Below, one piece after another: positions 1-11,973 of a stretch of DNA of 64,000 nt. The notes beneath the pieces are model-generated. The model was not told the DNA's origin. It saw nothing but the letters and a program-made list of their open reading frames with translations, and did no database searches. The translations under genes and the position numbers were made by a program. The stretch's first letter is position 1, and the number at the start of each line of letters is the position of its first letter. Origin of the DNA: Cyanidioschyzon merolae (Eukaryota); assembly GCA_000091205.1 (NCBI GenBank), contig AP006491.2; one strand, written 5' to 3'.

Positions 1-1189
1 AAAGTTCAGGATAACATCCTCGACGCCGATTGAGAGCACCTCGCACAGCTCGTTCAACAACGCCATTAACGCGACGGTATCCGTTTCCGTGTTGCCCTCC
101 GTGGTCAAGCTGCGCAGCTCGCTCGCGATGCGGCGCAGTCTTGCGGGGACGCTCGAGCCGCCAAAGCCCCCATGGCCAAACGATGGCAAAATCTCGCTCA
201 GACCGGCTCCTAGATGCCGTAGGAGGCCTTGAAGTGTTCCGCCAGTCTCGGGCGGAAGCGACGAAGGCCCCCGCGGTGATGCCCCGCGACGGCGCCCGCT
301 TTGGTGCTCTAGGGGAAAGCCCAGCGACGAGGCCTCGGGTATATCGTCGTTCGTTTCGAGCGGCAGCGAAGCGCTCGTATTAGGCTCTGTGTGCCGTCGG
401 TACCTCGAGTGGTAGCGCCGGCGGCTCCGGCTCTCGCTTGAGTTGATAGAGCTCAGGCCGTCGTTATCCGCTCCTGTACTATCTGAGCCGCCCAGCATTC
501 CGGCCGTGGCCTCGCGCAACGCCCGCTGACGTGAACGGCTCCGACGCATTCGCTTGGATCCTTGGCGCGTTGTTGCCGCGTGTGGTTCTTCCGCAGCGAT
601 TTTCGACTCACTTCTCGTTTCCAGCACTCTACCTACAGGTTCCTTCTCTAAACAAGCACTCCTGCGTTTCCGGTAGCGATGCCCGTCCAACGCCTGACTC
701 TCCACCGCGCGTTGAGTGTTCCGCGCAACCTCCGTTTTCTCGAGTGCAGCACTCTCTACAGCTCCTGCGTGCTGTCCACTCTCTACAGTTGTGGTCTCTG
801 CCTCTTGCCTTGCGAGTCCTGCTGCTCTCTTGGCCACGTTCGCACCCTCAGTGACGGTCTCTTCCCGTGCTCCTGTGTTCCGCTCCACGTGCTGCTGCGC
901 TCTGCTCAAGGCCGACCTTCTGCGACCCCGTGCCATCGACGCAGGGGCCCTTCTCGCCCTCAAGTCCTGACACGGAGAGTTCCTCGACTAAGCGCCGCTG
1001 GAACGCACCACAGCTCCTGTCCAGCGTCTCGTGGTTGTTCCCAACCGCACCCGCCGTAGAACAGCTACAGCGCTAAACGTCACAAACAGAATAGTCACAG
1101 CGAGCGCCGCCGCTGCTCCGAGAATAAAGCCGAGTTGAGCGTGCTTTTCGATCCCAGAAACGAAAGCGATCCGGAGGTGGCGCCGCACC

Positions 1190-1400
1190 CGCACACATAC
1201 ATACACGCATACACACATACACACATACACACATACACACATACACACATACATACATACACACATACATACACACATACACACATACATACATACACAC
1301 ATACACACATACACACATACACACATGCACACATACACATATACACACGTACACGCATACACACATACACACATACACACATACACACATACACATACAG
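1190..1400. repeat. (CACACATA)n / (CA)(TA)-type compound microsatellite, ~210 bp
   Basis: Read directly; it generates the YVCMCVC and HTHIHTY pseudo-ORFs on both strands. Confidence 0.95.
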
Positions 1401-2753
1401 ATTGATAGAGACAGATAGATGGAGTCCGAGAGAACTGCCAGTGCCGCAGCAGGCACAGGCGTTCATGCTGCTGCCTTCTGGACACGTGTGGATACAGGGC
1501 CTCTCATCAGCATCGTTCTGGGGTCCAGGAAGCCTCCGCATGGCGTATTCAAGTGCGAAAACGAGAGAGGTGGTGTTCTGAGGATGAGGAAGCGTTTTTG
1601 CGCTTTCAGCGAAGGCGATGTGTGGCGCCCAGTCCTGTGATTTCCCGCATGGAGCACAGCGGCGCACGGACGCCCCAGTGCCTGGGGAGCGCTCCATGCA
1701 TGCCGTACTTTCGGTACAAGGGCGGCGCTGCGGATAGCGTCGTTCGCGCATCCGCGATTGCCTTGAACTCCATAGAAAAGAGGCCAAACTCCTCCAGCCT
1801 TGGCGAGGTCTCGACGAAAGCGGCTACAGCGCCGTGGACATGCGGACACTGGAGCTGTGCAGGGGTTACCATGAACGCTGCGCTGACCTGCAGATTGGGA
1901 GCGGACGCTTTGCACCAGGGCCTCGCCAAATTCTATGCAGTGCAGCATCGATGTATCGATCCGGACTTGTAGGGGTGTGGGATTGCTGTCCGTATCCGGG
2001 GAAGCGACCGTCGTGCGGCTCCGCGCTTTACCGTTTCCCTTTCGTATCTTTGCCTCGGGGTTGAGGGCGAGATCGATCGAACAGTATGGCTCCACCCGAT
2101 GCCGAGTTTGCTGTGCGCGTGCATTGCACTCCTGGATGCGTTGCCCTAGACGCCATCACGCAGAGAAAGAACAGCTCTCCGCAGCCTCAATAGGCGTCGT
2201 CTCTAGACGGGTCATGAGCGGTACCCATTTCCCGATACGTCGCGCTCGCTTGTGCATACTGGGCGAAGTCGTCATCGGGCAGACGGTGCTCGCTGACTCG
2301 CGTTGCTATCGCGTTCTTCGGACCGTTCTGCATGCGCACTGAAAAGGCAGGCTCCCGAACAATCGCGTCTTTCATGTTTAAGCTTGGAATCGAGGATAGG
2401 TCTCTTGTCTGCCGATGCTCGCTGAAAAGTGGTCAAATCCGCAGCGTATTACAATGCCATTGCCCATGAGTGCATGCCTCTCACACGCGACACCCTGAAC
2501 GTATGCAGACAGCATGTTATCCTGCGCTTTGCCATAGTCTTTGTATTCCGTGCATATGCGGAACCAATGAAAATGACTGCCAAAATGCTCTCCATGAACG
2601 AACCGCATGCCACGGCACGTGAGGGGATCACAGGCTATCTTCGCCCCCGGTGCCTGTCATCCGATGCGGATGCATATCTTCAGAACGCTGGTGCGCAGGG
2701 AGGCTATGCTGCAGCTTCTCCAAAGGGGCGATCTTTCAACCTATTTCGCAAGT

Positions 2754-4148
2754 TTACCTCTTTTTCGAGGAGGATTTTTTCTCTGCTAGTTCGCGCAGCA
2801 TTGAAGCGCGTTTTCGCCGAGACTGCAGCGTATTCTCGGCAACTGCCGAGCCCCGCGTTTCGCTGAAGGGCTTCTCGAGAACAACTTTTGCTGCAGCGAA
2901 ATCCTGTGCTGGAGCGGCACCTGAGGTTTGCACGTCGAGTGCCTGTTCAGTGCCCAAGGTACCCTCCGCGGCCGCCGCGAGCGCTCCCTCTGCAAGTGTG
3001 TTGACTCGCGGCATGGTTCGGGTGACGTGGAACCGACGAACGTGATGATTCCGGCTCCATATGACCCGCGCCAGCAGCCGCAAATAGGCGAGACGCTCAT
3101 CCGGCGAGAGGCTGTACTTTTCTGCGTTGCGCACAAGCTCGACAAGGATGTAGAGAAAGCTCGCATAATTCGATACGACGGGCAACACGCGAACTCGTTT
3201 CGTCCCATATGCCGAGAGACTCGGTCTACCGCCTGGGCCTGGAACGAGCCCCGAGGGCGAAGCGGCGGAAGGCGCCGGGCTAGCACCTTCGACGAAAAAA
3301 TTCGTGGATAAGAGCACGAACGGCATATAGCTACCAATGAATGGGTTCGCACTCGACGCATCGTCTCTGCGGACAAGAATCAGACTTTGTTTCCGCGGTA
3401 AGAATGCTTCGATCCCTAAAATTTTGGCATTGAATCCGCCTCGCTTGAGCGATGCCACGCGTCCGAACAGGAACCGTGGCTTGCCTTCATCAAGCTCCTT
3501 TTCTTGGTCAGCATCTGGCGGCGGCTCCCAAAGGCGATATCGCTCCGCCACCAGCAGTGGCTTGTAATACTGTCCAGAATAGTCTAGCACGGGTTCCTGG
3601 AAGTCGTCCTCTGTGGCGATGAGAGGCATAATCACTTCGTCCCCAACTCGACCCTCACCGAGCACCTCCGCAGGCAGAAACGGCACTTCACGTTTCAAAC
3701 CAAAGTCAACGCGAATGTAAGGTAGTTCCGCAGCCACAATCCGCCCCCGCAGAAGCGTCCCGCTTTTGATCTCTGCGGCCATTGGAGAGCCCTCGAACGC
3801 GGTTCCAAAGTCAGTGGCGTCCGCCGCGTCATCGACAAACGACAGCGCGTTTTCGGAGGCGGCGCTCGACTCCGCCGCGGTGTCAGACAACCGACCTGAA
3901 GACGGAAACGTTCGCTCTGAGGGCTTCACCTCTTGAGCGGGCTCCGATGTAGCCTCCGAGCCTTGTTCGATCGATGAGCTGCGCTTGCTACCGTGGCCCC
4001 CAGCGGACTTCCCACTGTCGCTGTTGCTACTGCTACTACAGCGAAATCGGAACCAGGTATCGTACACGCGCCTCGATCCCAGACTTGTGGCAGCACAGCG
4101 GGTTCCAGTTCTCAAGTAAAGCGATGTGATAACCTTGCCGAGTACCAT
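2754..4148 (-). CDS. S1 RNA-binding domain protein (ribosomal protein S1-like, possibly organellar), hypothetical
   Basis: 464-aa ORF with two S1/OB-like segments (LLRGRIVAAELPYIRVDFGLKREVPFLPAEVLGEGRVGDEVIMPLIATED; FLFGRVASLKRGGFNAKILGIEAFLPRKQ) and a basic Ser/Lys-rich C-terminus. The family call rests on motif resemblance only. Confidence 0.35.
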   Translation of the reverse strand: MVLGKVITSLYLRTGTRCAATSLGSRRVYDTWFRFRCSSSSNSDSGKSAGGHGSKRSSSIEQGSEATSEPAQEVKPSERTFPSSGRLSDTAAESSAASENALSFVDDAADATDFGTAFEGSPMAAEIKSGTLLRGRIVAAELPYIRVDFGLKREVPFLPAEVLGEGRVGDEVIMPLIATEDDFQEPVLDYSGQYYKPLLVAERYRLWEPPPDADQEKELDEGKPRFLFGRVASLKRGGFNAKILGIEAFLPRKQSLILVRRDDASSANPFIGSYMPFVLLSTNFFVEGASPAPSAASPSGLVPGPGGRPSLSAYGTKRVRVLPVVSNYASFLYILVELVRNAEKYSLSPDERLAYLRLLARVIWSRNHHVRRFHVTRTMPRVNTLAEGALAAAAEGTLGTEQALDVQTSGAAPAQDFAAAKVVLEKPFSETRGSAVAENTLQSRRKRASMLRELAEKKSSSKKR

Positions 4149-6196
4149 GCCTCATCGTTCTTTGTGGAGCAGGCGTTCGCACACGTCGCCACGCAGCAAC
4201 ACGCGATCGTTGAATTCGGCGCATGATCGACGCGCTGGTGGTGCTGTTGACGACCCCCGACTTGAAGTTCGCACAACTCCTGGGGTACGAAGCGGATTTC
4301 TGGTCACTTGTCTCGAAGCAGATAGCATTCACATACTCTGCAGATCCCAAGTAGGGCTCGTATGGTCTGCATCATGAAGAACTAGGCACGGGATTGTGAT
4401 GCTACTCGCGCATACATACGTAAACCATCGGAACTTTTTTTGCAAAAGGTTGTGGAATCTCTTCATCGGGCTGGAAAGCCTGTGTTGCACCCGGACATGT
4501 GAATGACCGATCGGAGCTCGGTTTGCAATCGTAGTGTGGCCTTTTCAGTGCGACGAGTAACATCCCCGATCGCTGGAGCGCGTTGTTCACGCTGCTATCA
4601 GAACGGTGCTATCGAAAACGATAGAGCAACAAAATGGTGACCTGTGGCGCCAATCGCCTGCGTGTTCAAGGCACAAACGCTATACTCGTGCAGACTGAAA
4701 TGAAGTACTGTAGCGGTCGCTCTGTTCTTGCATTGAAATCTTTTCCGATTTTCCTCATGCACGACCTCGACAATCGTGGTGCAGCAATAAAGGCGCACGG
4801 ATTCATTGACAATTTTATGAATCTCGGTCGTTTTTGGCGGGCCTTGTGCGACGCGTTGCCGTTCGAATTCGTTAGGTCACCAAAATTGATATGATTCGGG
4901 AAGTACTCGAAAAAGGATTCATGAAAGAACCGACATCAATATCGAATTCATGCGCGTACGCGTCCAACCTTCTCGTTTCGTTCCGTATGGCATCCTGAAG
5001 TTCAGCATGCTTCAAATCTTCGTTCTTTCGTTTTGAAGGCAACTCGTGCACTGATCAATTCGCGCAGCTGAGTAGACAAGGGAACGAATTCGACGTCGTC
5101 CCTTGACAACTATTTCACAAGCTTATGCCGAAAGTTCACTAGAATTTCACCTCAAACAGTCAAATTCGCTTGAAAGACAAATGCTGCTCTCTCTGCGGCC
5201 ATCGACGTATTGCCATTCGACGGCAGCATGATACCCTTCATGGGATATTCTCCCAGGGGCAAATGTCTCCCCTGTTTGCATACGAGATGGCGTTGGAATC
5301 GAACTTGAGTCCTTGCTGTAATCGCTTCTGGTGGAGCGCGCGTCGTCATTTTCCATGAATGGAACGTCGATCGATCGAAATTTCTCGATCTCTTCTCTAG
5401 CCTGAATTTTGTCTACCTGAACTCGACTCGTCATGGACGAACTACTGTTCCTCTTATCCTCGGTCGAATGGAAGAGCGTCCATTGGCGCCTGGGGCGGAG
5501 CGCGCACTCGCCGACGGGATCGCCCAGACGAGACCCGTGATCGCTGGCAACAGCACCGGGCGCAGCACCGGAGAAATGCATCGAAGCAAGCCCCCGTCCA
5601 GGTCATGGGCGTGTCGCGAGCGATGAGGCCCGCGTTCACACGCATGAGGGCGATCCTCGCTGGAGCAGAACGAGGACAGCGAGTGTTGGATACATAGAAG
5701 CACCGGGCCAAAAGCCAGTGACACCTCTGGAAAAGGCGCACCTCGGCTGTACGCAACGAAGATTCCCTGATCGCAACTGGCAACTGCGCATCAACGGTGC
5801 TGACAGCAACCGAAAGCTGCGAAATAGGGGCTTTAACGCTCCCGTGAACATCCTTCGACTACTGACATTGACGCTACACGCACAGGACACACACTGGTAT
5901 GGAGAATTCCAGAGAAAAGAGAACGGAAAAGGAATCAGGTGCAGAAGAAACCGAAATGGTCGCGGGTACGTCCGAGTTAGCTGATGTGTCCAGTTTTATC
6001 CGAAAATGATTAGAGTTACAGGCAGGCGCAGCGCCATACACCGTTCCGAGGGCGACGCGCGATCGCATTGCCGCTGTGTTCCGCTACGGTGGGCGAGTCT
6101 CGCCCCAGTGCGATCGCTGGCCTGAGCGAGTGCTTCGGAGCGTACGCGCCAGGTTCTCTTCTGAGCGGGGTTTGCGTCGGGCAATCGCAGGAGACC

Positions 6197-6529
6197 ATGG
6201 CTTGGGTAGCTCGTCTTTCGCACGTATTTCACGAGTTGCGAGTCGTTTACAACGCGCGCGATGCAGCCTCGGCAGGCGTGCGGCAGTTCCTGGAGGAATA
6301 CTATTCATTTGTCAAGGAGCTCAATCCGGGACTCCCTGTGTACGTGCGTCCGTTCGATGGCGTTCGAGAACCTTACGTGGCGGTGCGGCGTAGCGACGGG
6401 AGCTACGCGACGCGTCAGCTCACGAACTTGAGCGCGCGCGCAGTACTGCGCCAGATCAAGGAGCTCACAGACGTAGCGTTGCCGCTGGACCCCGTTGTGC
6501 GTCGACGCCAGCTAGCAGATATTGTATAG
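6197..6529 (+). CDS. NDUFA2 / complex I B8-like (L51_S25_CI-B8 thioredoxin-like fold) protein
   Basis: LRVVYNARDAASAGVRQFLEEYYSFVKELNPGLPVYVRPFDGVREPYVAVRRSDGSYATRQLTNLSARAVLRQIKEL follows the NDUFA2/MRPL43 pattern (G.R.F.E..Y..LK..NP.LP..IR...GV.P...A.Y..G.E....L.N.SA..V). The track ORF starts at a TTG at 6068; the first ATG is at 6197. Confidence 0.55.
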   Translation: MAWVARLSHVFHELRVVYNARDAASAGVRQFLEEYYSFVKELNPGLPVYVRPFDGVREPYVAVRRSDGSYATRQLTNLSARAVLRQIKELTDVALPLDPVVRRRQLADIV

Positions 6530-7513
6530 CGCTGTGAGGGCGGGCTTGCGTCTTGTTTACCCAAGGCCAGAGAGGAGTGGTGTTTCCCCCAACCTGAAAC
6601 TTACCGCAGAAAGTATCCGCTGAGGGCGTGGGACGAGATAATCTCCGGCGAGCGGGTGCCTCGAGCCTCTCGTCGCTCGCTCGCTCGCTCGCTCGCTGAG
6701 ACTGGCCGTCGGCTTGCTCTCGCGCTAGTTCGGGGGCGAGGAGGCTACATACACGTAGGGTTCCGCGTAAACATTCCGCTGTCGCACTTTTGCAGCTAGA
6801 ACCCCTAGGTGGGCAACTCGGATTGCACTGCCTCAATCAGTATCGAAGATACATGCGCGCGTGGAATAGAAACGACGCATACGAGCGACAGCCGCGCATC
6901 AAACACCATGGCCGGGTACCGGCCTCAACTTTTGCGCGTAGACTACGAAGCAGGCGGACTGCGCTCCTCTGCCAGTGAACAGGGAACACATTGGTGTAGC
7001 ACCGGTCAGTGCGGCATTCGCAGAGCTCATGGATGCCTCTGAAAACGCTTGCACAATGCCCAACTGCAGGCTGTAATCTGATCGAAGTTTCTAGGGGAAA
7101 GCCACAGTTGTACAGGCCACAGCAAATGTGCAGAGTGCATTGAGCAAGTTGTCGCGGCGGTCAGAGTGCCCATGCTACAGATATTTTCGATGTTTGCGAA
7201 TGCAGACGCTGTTCACGGGTATCAAAGCGATCGCTCGCCTGAACGCGCCAACGCGGAAGACACGTGCTGCCACGCTAGTATGATCGATGGCAAGAGCGGG
7301 TATCGCGCCACCCGCTTCCATTCTATCGTGACTACCTTGCTCGCCCATGCCCGCTACACGAAGAAACCTTGATAGGATCCCAGCGATGGCAAGCCTTGTG
7401 CATCCTAACGTCCATCGCAATCAAAGACCGCATGAAATCCGCGTGCGGATTATGAACGCAAAATGGCGCGCGCTGTGTCGACGACGTCGCACGGCGAGCG
7501 GGCCGATCGGATT

Positions 7514-8626
7514 CTAGTCAGCAGGCGATGCAGATGAACCTGCCGAATGGGGCCGCTTTGGTGGTGCTTTCGCTTGCTGTACTGCCTGTCTCATTTCAAG
7601 CAGATTCTGCATATCCTGTTCAATGTAGCAATATCCGCTCGCACGATCGATGTGCTCCAAAACTTGTAAAATCGAGTACGGGTCACGTGCACTGGCAGTC
7701 TCGAAGCGAACTAGACCGTAGTCGCCGAGAAGCTCTGCGATCGCTCGACTCAGTTTGGTACCTGGGTCATCGCCCTCTGCAATGAACATCAACGGGTCCT
7801 CGCTGTCTGCGTAGATGTCCAACTGGTACAAAAGTTGGGACGGTACGAGATTATCGCCTTCTGGACCACTGGCAGCGTCGTCGCGCAAGGTCCCGTCACG
7901 GGCGCACATCTCCGTTTCGCTCTCCAGTTCAACCAATCTTCGTTCGTACTCCGCCTGAAATAAATCCGATTTCATGAGCACGTTCACATGCGGTAGACCG
8001 AAATTCATCATTGTCATCAGGGAGATTACGGATGCCGACATGAATTTATGAGGATCCGTGCAGGTTTGAGCATCAACGATATTCACCACCACAGCTCGCA
8101 GATCAGACCAGCGCCGCTTTGGATCGTGCATCGTTAGGTAATGAATAACCTTTCGCGTTGCATTGTGATGCACAAACAGTTCGACCTGGCCCGGCATATC
8201 AACGATAACATAGTTTGCGCTGGCGTCTTTCTCGCGACGAGGCTGCGCGTCCATCTCTGGAGTGGTGCTGCGGGCGGTGTCCGACCCGTGATCGCTGCCC
8301 TGGCCATCATATATGTCTCGCAGTGCACCTTCCAGCCAATCAATGTTTTCCCAGAGATAATCCATGCAGTAGAGGAGTGCTCCGTTCGGGCCGAGCTGGA
8401 AGCGTTTCATCACGTTCTCGCAGACCACCAGCTCGCGAATGTCTATATCTGGTTGATAGGGTAGCACTTCCGTACTGCCGACACCGGGATCGAGATTGAC
8501 GAGCGCGTGCGCCCGCCCGATGCCAAGCAGAACGCGAGAAACTGCGGCACAAAAGGTGGTCTTCCCGCTGCCTGGCGGCCCCGTGACGAGTTGCACGAAA
8601 AGCGGTCGCTTGCCTGAGGGTTCCAT
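7514..8626 (-). CDS. GPN-loop GTPase (GPN1/XAB1-like)
   Basis: P-loop LVTGPPGSGKTT and the diagnostic GPNGA motif (FQLGPNGALLYCMDYL); ~371 aa with an acidic C-terminal tail. The track start at 8665 is a GTG; the first ATG (MEPSGKRPLFVQLVTGPPG) is at 8626. Confidence 0.8.
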   Translation of the reverse strand: MEPSGKRPLFVQLVTGPPGSGKTTFCAAVSRVLLGIGRAHALVNLDPGVGSTEVLPYQPDIDIRELVVCENVMKRFQLGPNGALLYCMDYLWENIDWLEGALRDIYDGQGSDHGSDTARSTTPEMDAQPRREKDASANYVIVDMPGQVELFVHHNATRKVIHYLTMHDPKRRWSDLRAVVVNIVDAQTCTDPHKFMSASVISLMTMMNFGLPHVNVLMKSDLFQAEYERRLVELESETEMCARDGTLRDDAASGPEGDNLVPSQLLYQLDIYADSEDPLMFIAEGDDPGTKLSRAIAELLGDYGLVRFETASARDPYSILQVLEHIDRASGYCYIEQDMQNLLEMRQAVQQAKAPPKRPHSAGSSASPAD

Positions 8627-9149
8627 TACCTCAAGCAACTCTCGGTACACTCGCGTCTCCAGCACCGGTCTTTCGGAAACAAGTCCAGCGAGTCTTCGCT
8701 CGGATTCCCGAGAACCGTAAGGCGACAGCTTCCGGTTCCGAAGCAGCGTTCATAAACTTGAAGGACTCGGGAGTCCCCTGCGGAACCAATGGACGTTTCA
8801 GACGCCCTCCAACAGTTCCGTTATCTGGCGCTTCCAACGCGTACGCAACGAGTCACTACTGCACCATGGCAGTCATACGTTTGCTGCGCGTTTCACTGAA
8901 GCGGCAGATATCGTGCGCTCGTAGCAGGCGCCCGAAGCGCACGTTCATGGAGCCTGGCGTTTCGCTGTCCTGCTGGGCGCGTACGATCAAGTACAAAATT
9001 AACCAATAAAAGAACTAAAATTAAACGTTTCTCCCCAGATGGGTGGAAACTTGGAGAAGCGCCGGCGAGGTCCCGCGCGCCGCCCTCCATTCCGCGACTC
9101 GTTTCATTGAGCATTTTCTGAAACACTCGTTACGACCGAGCGCTGAACC
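8627..9149. promoter_or_regulatory. Putative bidirectional promoter region between divergent GPN-loop GTPase and RPS15a genes
   Basis: A ~520-bp gap between the two divergent start codons; inferred from gene arrangement only. Confidence 0.3.
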
Positions 9150-9542
9150 ATGACTCGTGTGAACGTCTTGTCTGATGCCCTCAAGAGTATTACGAACGCT
9201 GAGAAAAGGGGAAAGCGCCAAGTCATGATACGCCCAGCGAGCAAGGTAATCATCCGAGTGCTGCGGCTGTTGCAACGCGAAGGGTACATCGGCGACTTCA
9301 CCTTCATCGACGATCACCGCTCAGGGAAGATCGTGGTTCAGCTAATTGGTCGCTTGAATAAAGTGGCAGTCATTTCTCCGAGATATGACGTCGCGATAAG
9401 AGACTTGCAGAAGTGGTGCGACGCTCTGCTCCCGTCAAAGCTGTTTGGGGGTCTGATCTGCACGACCAGCTCGGGAATCATGAACGACGCAGAGATGCGA
9501 CGCCGCCACGTCGGCGGTAAACTGATTGGTTTCTATTACTGA
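9150..9542 (+). CDS. RPS15A: 40S ribosomal protein S15a (uS8)
   Basis: 130-aa single exon; [35 protein letters not shown]...[23 protein letters not shown]...GGKLIGFYY aligns residue-for-residue with the eukaryotic S15a/S22 consensus. Confidence 0.93.
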   Translation: MTRVNVLSDALKSITNAEKRGKRQVMIRPASKVIIRVLRLLQREGYIGDFTFIDDHRSGKIVVQLIGRLNKVAVISPRYDVAIRDLQKWCDALLPSKLFGGLICTTSSGIMNDAEMRRRHVGGKLIGFYY

Positions 9543-9865
9543 GCATATCTGCCTGCAAGGTTCATCGTCGACTTTGTTTTATCGGCGTCTTGTTAGGACC
9601 AATACAGCCGGTGCCGAGAAGCATGCTGGACCACAGCGAAGCCTCGACGGTCGCAGACTAGCCTGAGCCTTCCAGTGGGCGTCGGTTTTTGAGGCGGGTG
9701 CGTGTTTCGCAGGAGCTGCCCCATCGTTCTTCAGATGGGACCAAAGGCCATCATTCCAGAAGCGGGGAAAAGTTTTTGACGGAAACTGGTCGATTTAAGT
9801 CAAATTGCACGATACAGAGGAAACTCGAGCGCGTAAACGAATCCCACACACGTTCAAGTTATCGT

Positions 9866-11350
9866 TCAGCGCCCGAAAGGGTTTTCGCTCAGCATGAACG
9901 CGACGTCGGCCGGTGGCGTACGAGCAACTGTGCACCACGCCTCGCTACCGTACTTCTCAACAATGCTCCTGAGCTGAAGAGCGTCGTTAGGAACGGGGTC
10001 AATTTCCAGGCGATCGGCAGTAAGAGCTTTCTGCCAGAGTTTGATCATTCTTGCCGCTGCGAACTGGATTTCGCTGCTTTGCCGGGGATCTTGGATGCCA
10101 TGCAATGCCTGGGAGAGGCTTTCAGGCCATGACATCCTTGACGCAATCCAGACCGCGGCTGCTGCGCGAAAACTTGGCAAAATGCGGACACATAAAGGGT
10201 AGTCGACGAGGGCCAGTTCACACAGAAACAGCGCTAAACTGGCATGTTCCCGGTCAAGGCCGGCAAGGCCTGCATAACGACGCCAAAATGGGAGCGCAGT
10301 CACATCACAGAGCTCGAAATTCAAGCCCTGCAACAGCTGCGTCTCCATGACCTTCACCTGTGCTCTCGAGTAAGTTTCAGCACTGATAAACACAAAATCA
10401 TCAAGAAGCGGAACGGTGATTTCTTCCACTTTGGCTGCAACGAGCATGCACGTCATTCCGACCAATTGCAGAACCTCGCGTGATACAGGTTGCAAGGAGA
10501 GGTACCGATCAAGGTAGCAGACAGAGAGATGAAGCGTCTCGGTACTCAACTGGAATTCACTCGCAACCTCTGCGAGCCAGTCAACGAGGATCGCTCGCAT
10601 TCGAGCGTTGATGTGCGGCTCCTGAATGGCTTCGATATAGTCAAGGCGCGGTCGCCGCCTCGACTCCAGCTCATGGAGCGTCTCGTAAATTTCATCCGTC
10701 TCCTCTGCGCAGCAATGGATTGCCATGTTGGTCAAGTGCAACTCGGCTGGATCCGAGAGCGGGTCCGATGCCGCTTTCTCCGCTGCGAAAAGAGCATTGA
10801 TCATCGGTGAATACGAGCCCTGGCGAAGGCGAGCGCACGCAGCATGCGGACAACTTGTTGAAAGCGATCTTCTTGGACACCGAACCTGGCTCAGAACTGT
10901 GCTCGGTTGCGACACCTCAAGGTCAGCTCGCTCGGCCACGCGTGTTTCGCAGGTCGCCTGCATCGCGAGCTCGGTTCCTGCGCCGAGGCGAACGGATCCA
11001 TCCTTCTCGCACGAGACATATTCCTGAGTGGATATCCGAATGGCCTCCGTGCGCTTGCGCCATCGAGCGTATGGTGCGTCCGGCTGCGGCAAAAGCGACG
11101 GAATTCCCGACCAAGATGCGTTCGGCTCTGTGCCAGTGCATTCGGTTTTCGAGGCCTCAATGGAGACGCGACTGCCATGGCTGAGCGATGGCGCGCGTGC
11201 GCTTGCACTAGGCGGGCAAGTGCTCTCAACTCCGCCCCGTCTCGGTGGCTGGTTAGTCGACGCGATATCTCGACGCGGAACTGGTGGATCAATGGCTCGT
11301 CGACTGGCTCTCCCACGCCGCGGCTCCCGTCCACTACGAAGAGATTGCAT
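9866..11350 (-). CDS. Cyclin (A/B-type cyclin box) with long low-complexity N-terminus
   Basis: Cyclin-box signature MRAILVDWLAEVASEFQLSTETLHLSVCYLDRYLS followed by a second cyclin fold (LCELALVDYPLCVRILPSFRAAAAVWIA); 494 aa. Confidence 0.8.
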   Translation of the reverse strand: MQSLRSGREPRRGRASRRAIDPPVPRRDIASTNQPPRRGGVESTCPPSASARAPSLSHGSRVSIEASKTECTGTEPNASWSGIPSLLPQPDAPYARWRKRTEAIRISTQEYVSCEKDGSVRLGAGTELAMQATCETRVAERADLEVSQPSTVLSQVRCPRRSLSTSCPHAACARLRQGSYSPMINALFAAEKAASDPLSDPAELHLTNMAIHCCAEETDEIYETLHELESRRRPRLDYIEAIQEPHINARMRAILVDWLAEVASEFQLSTETLHLSVCYLDRYLSLQPVSREVLQLVGMTCMLVAAKVEEITVPLLDDFVFISAETYSRAQVKVMETQLLQGLNFELCDVTALPFWRRYAGLAGLDREHASLALFLCELALVDYPLCVRILPSFRAAAAVWIASRMSWPESLSQALHGIQDPRQSSEIQFAAARMIKLWQKALTADRLEIDPVPNDALQLRSIVEKYGSEAWCTVARTPPADVAFMLSENPFGR

Positions 11351-11973
11351 CCGGGCTAATATATAGTTAGCCTACCTCGGGTATAAACTTGGCAAAGGGG
11401 CAAAGCAGCGGCTGCTCTGTGGCGTTCAGTTGCGGTATACCGCAAAGCCCAGCCGAGGCAAGCCACTGCAACGCCCGCGGCGTGCAAGCCACCACGAAGC
11501 CGCCAAAAGCCAATAGCTCCTCTGTTAACCCACCGATATCTTTTCGCAGCCACAAGCTCGTGATACCACGCTAGATCTAGCTCAGACTTGAAAAAGAAAC
11601 AACGAATAGCGGCAGCTGAAGTGCAACGCCGCCCCAGCTCGCGGAATACGCGGGATGCACACACGAGCCATGGCGGACGCATCATGGCGCCTTCGGCTTT
11701 GGCGCGCCTTCTGGCTCCGCAGCCAAGCGGATTTGCGCCGCTGCGCCGCTGCACCTGGCGGCGATCGGCTGTGCAGGCGCGTTGCCGCCAGCGCTACCGT
11801 TCGATTTGCGGATCGCCGACCGCTGGTGCGCTGTGCTGCGGTGAAACGCGCACTGCGTCCATCGCTCTGCGCGACGTACAACGCCGGGGCAACGGCGAGT
11901 GCATACATGCGTGCGTGTGCGCTTTACAGTTGCCCGGTAGACTAAACAAGTACACTGTAGCGCAGCTGCGTTC
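11351..11973. promoter_or_regulatory. Putative bidirectional promoter region between divergent cyclin and UMP-CMP kinase genes
   Basis: A ~620-bp gap between the divergent starts; inferred. Confidence 0.3.

Noticed and set aside
988-1787. Overlapping 127-230-aa ORFs on both strands rich in YVCMCVC / HTHIHTY
   Set aside because: Pure translations of the (CACACATA)n microsatellite.
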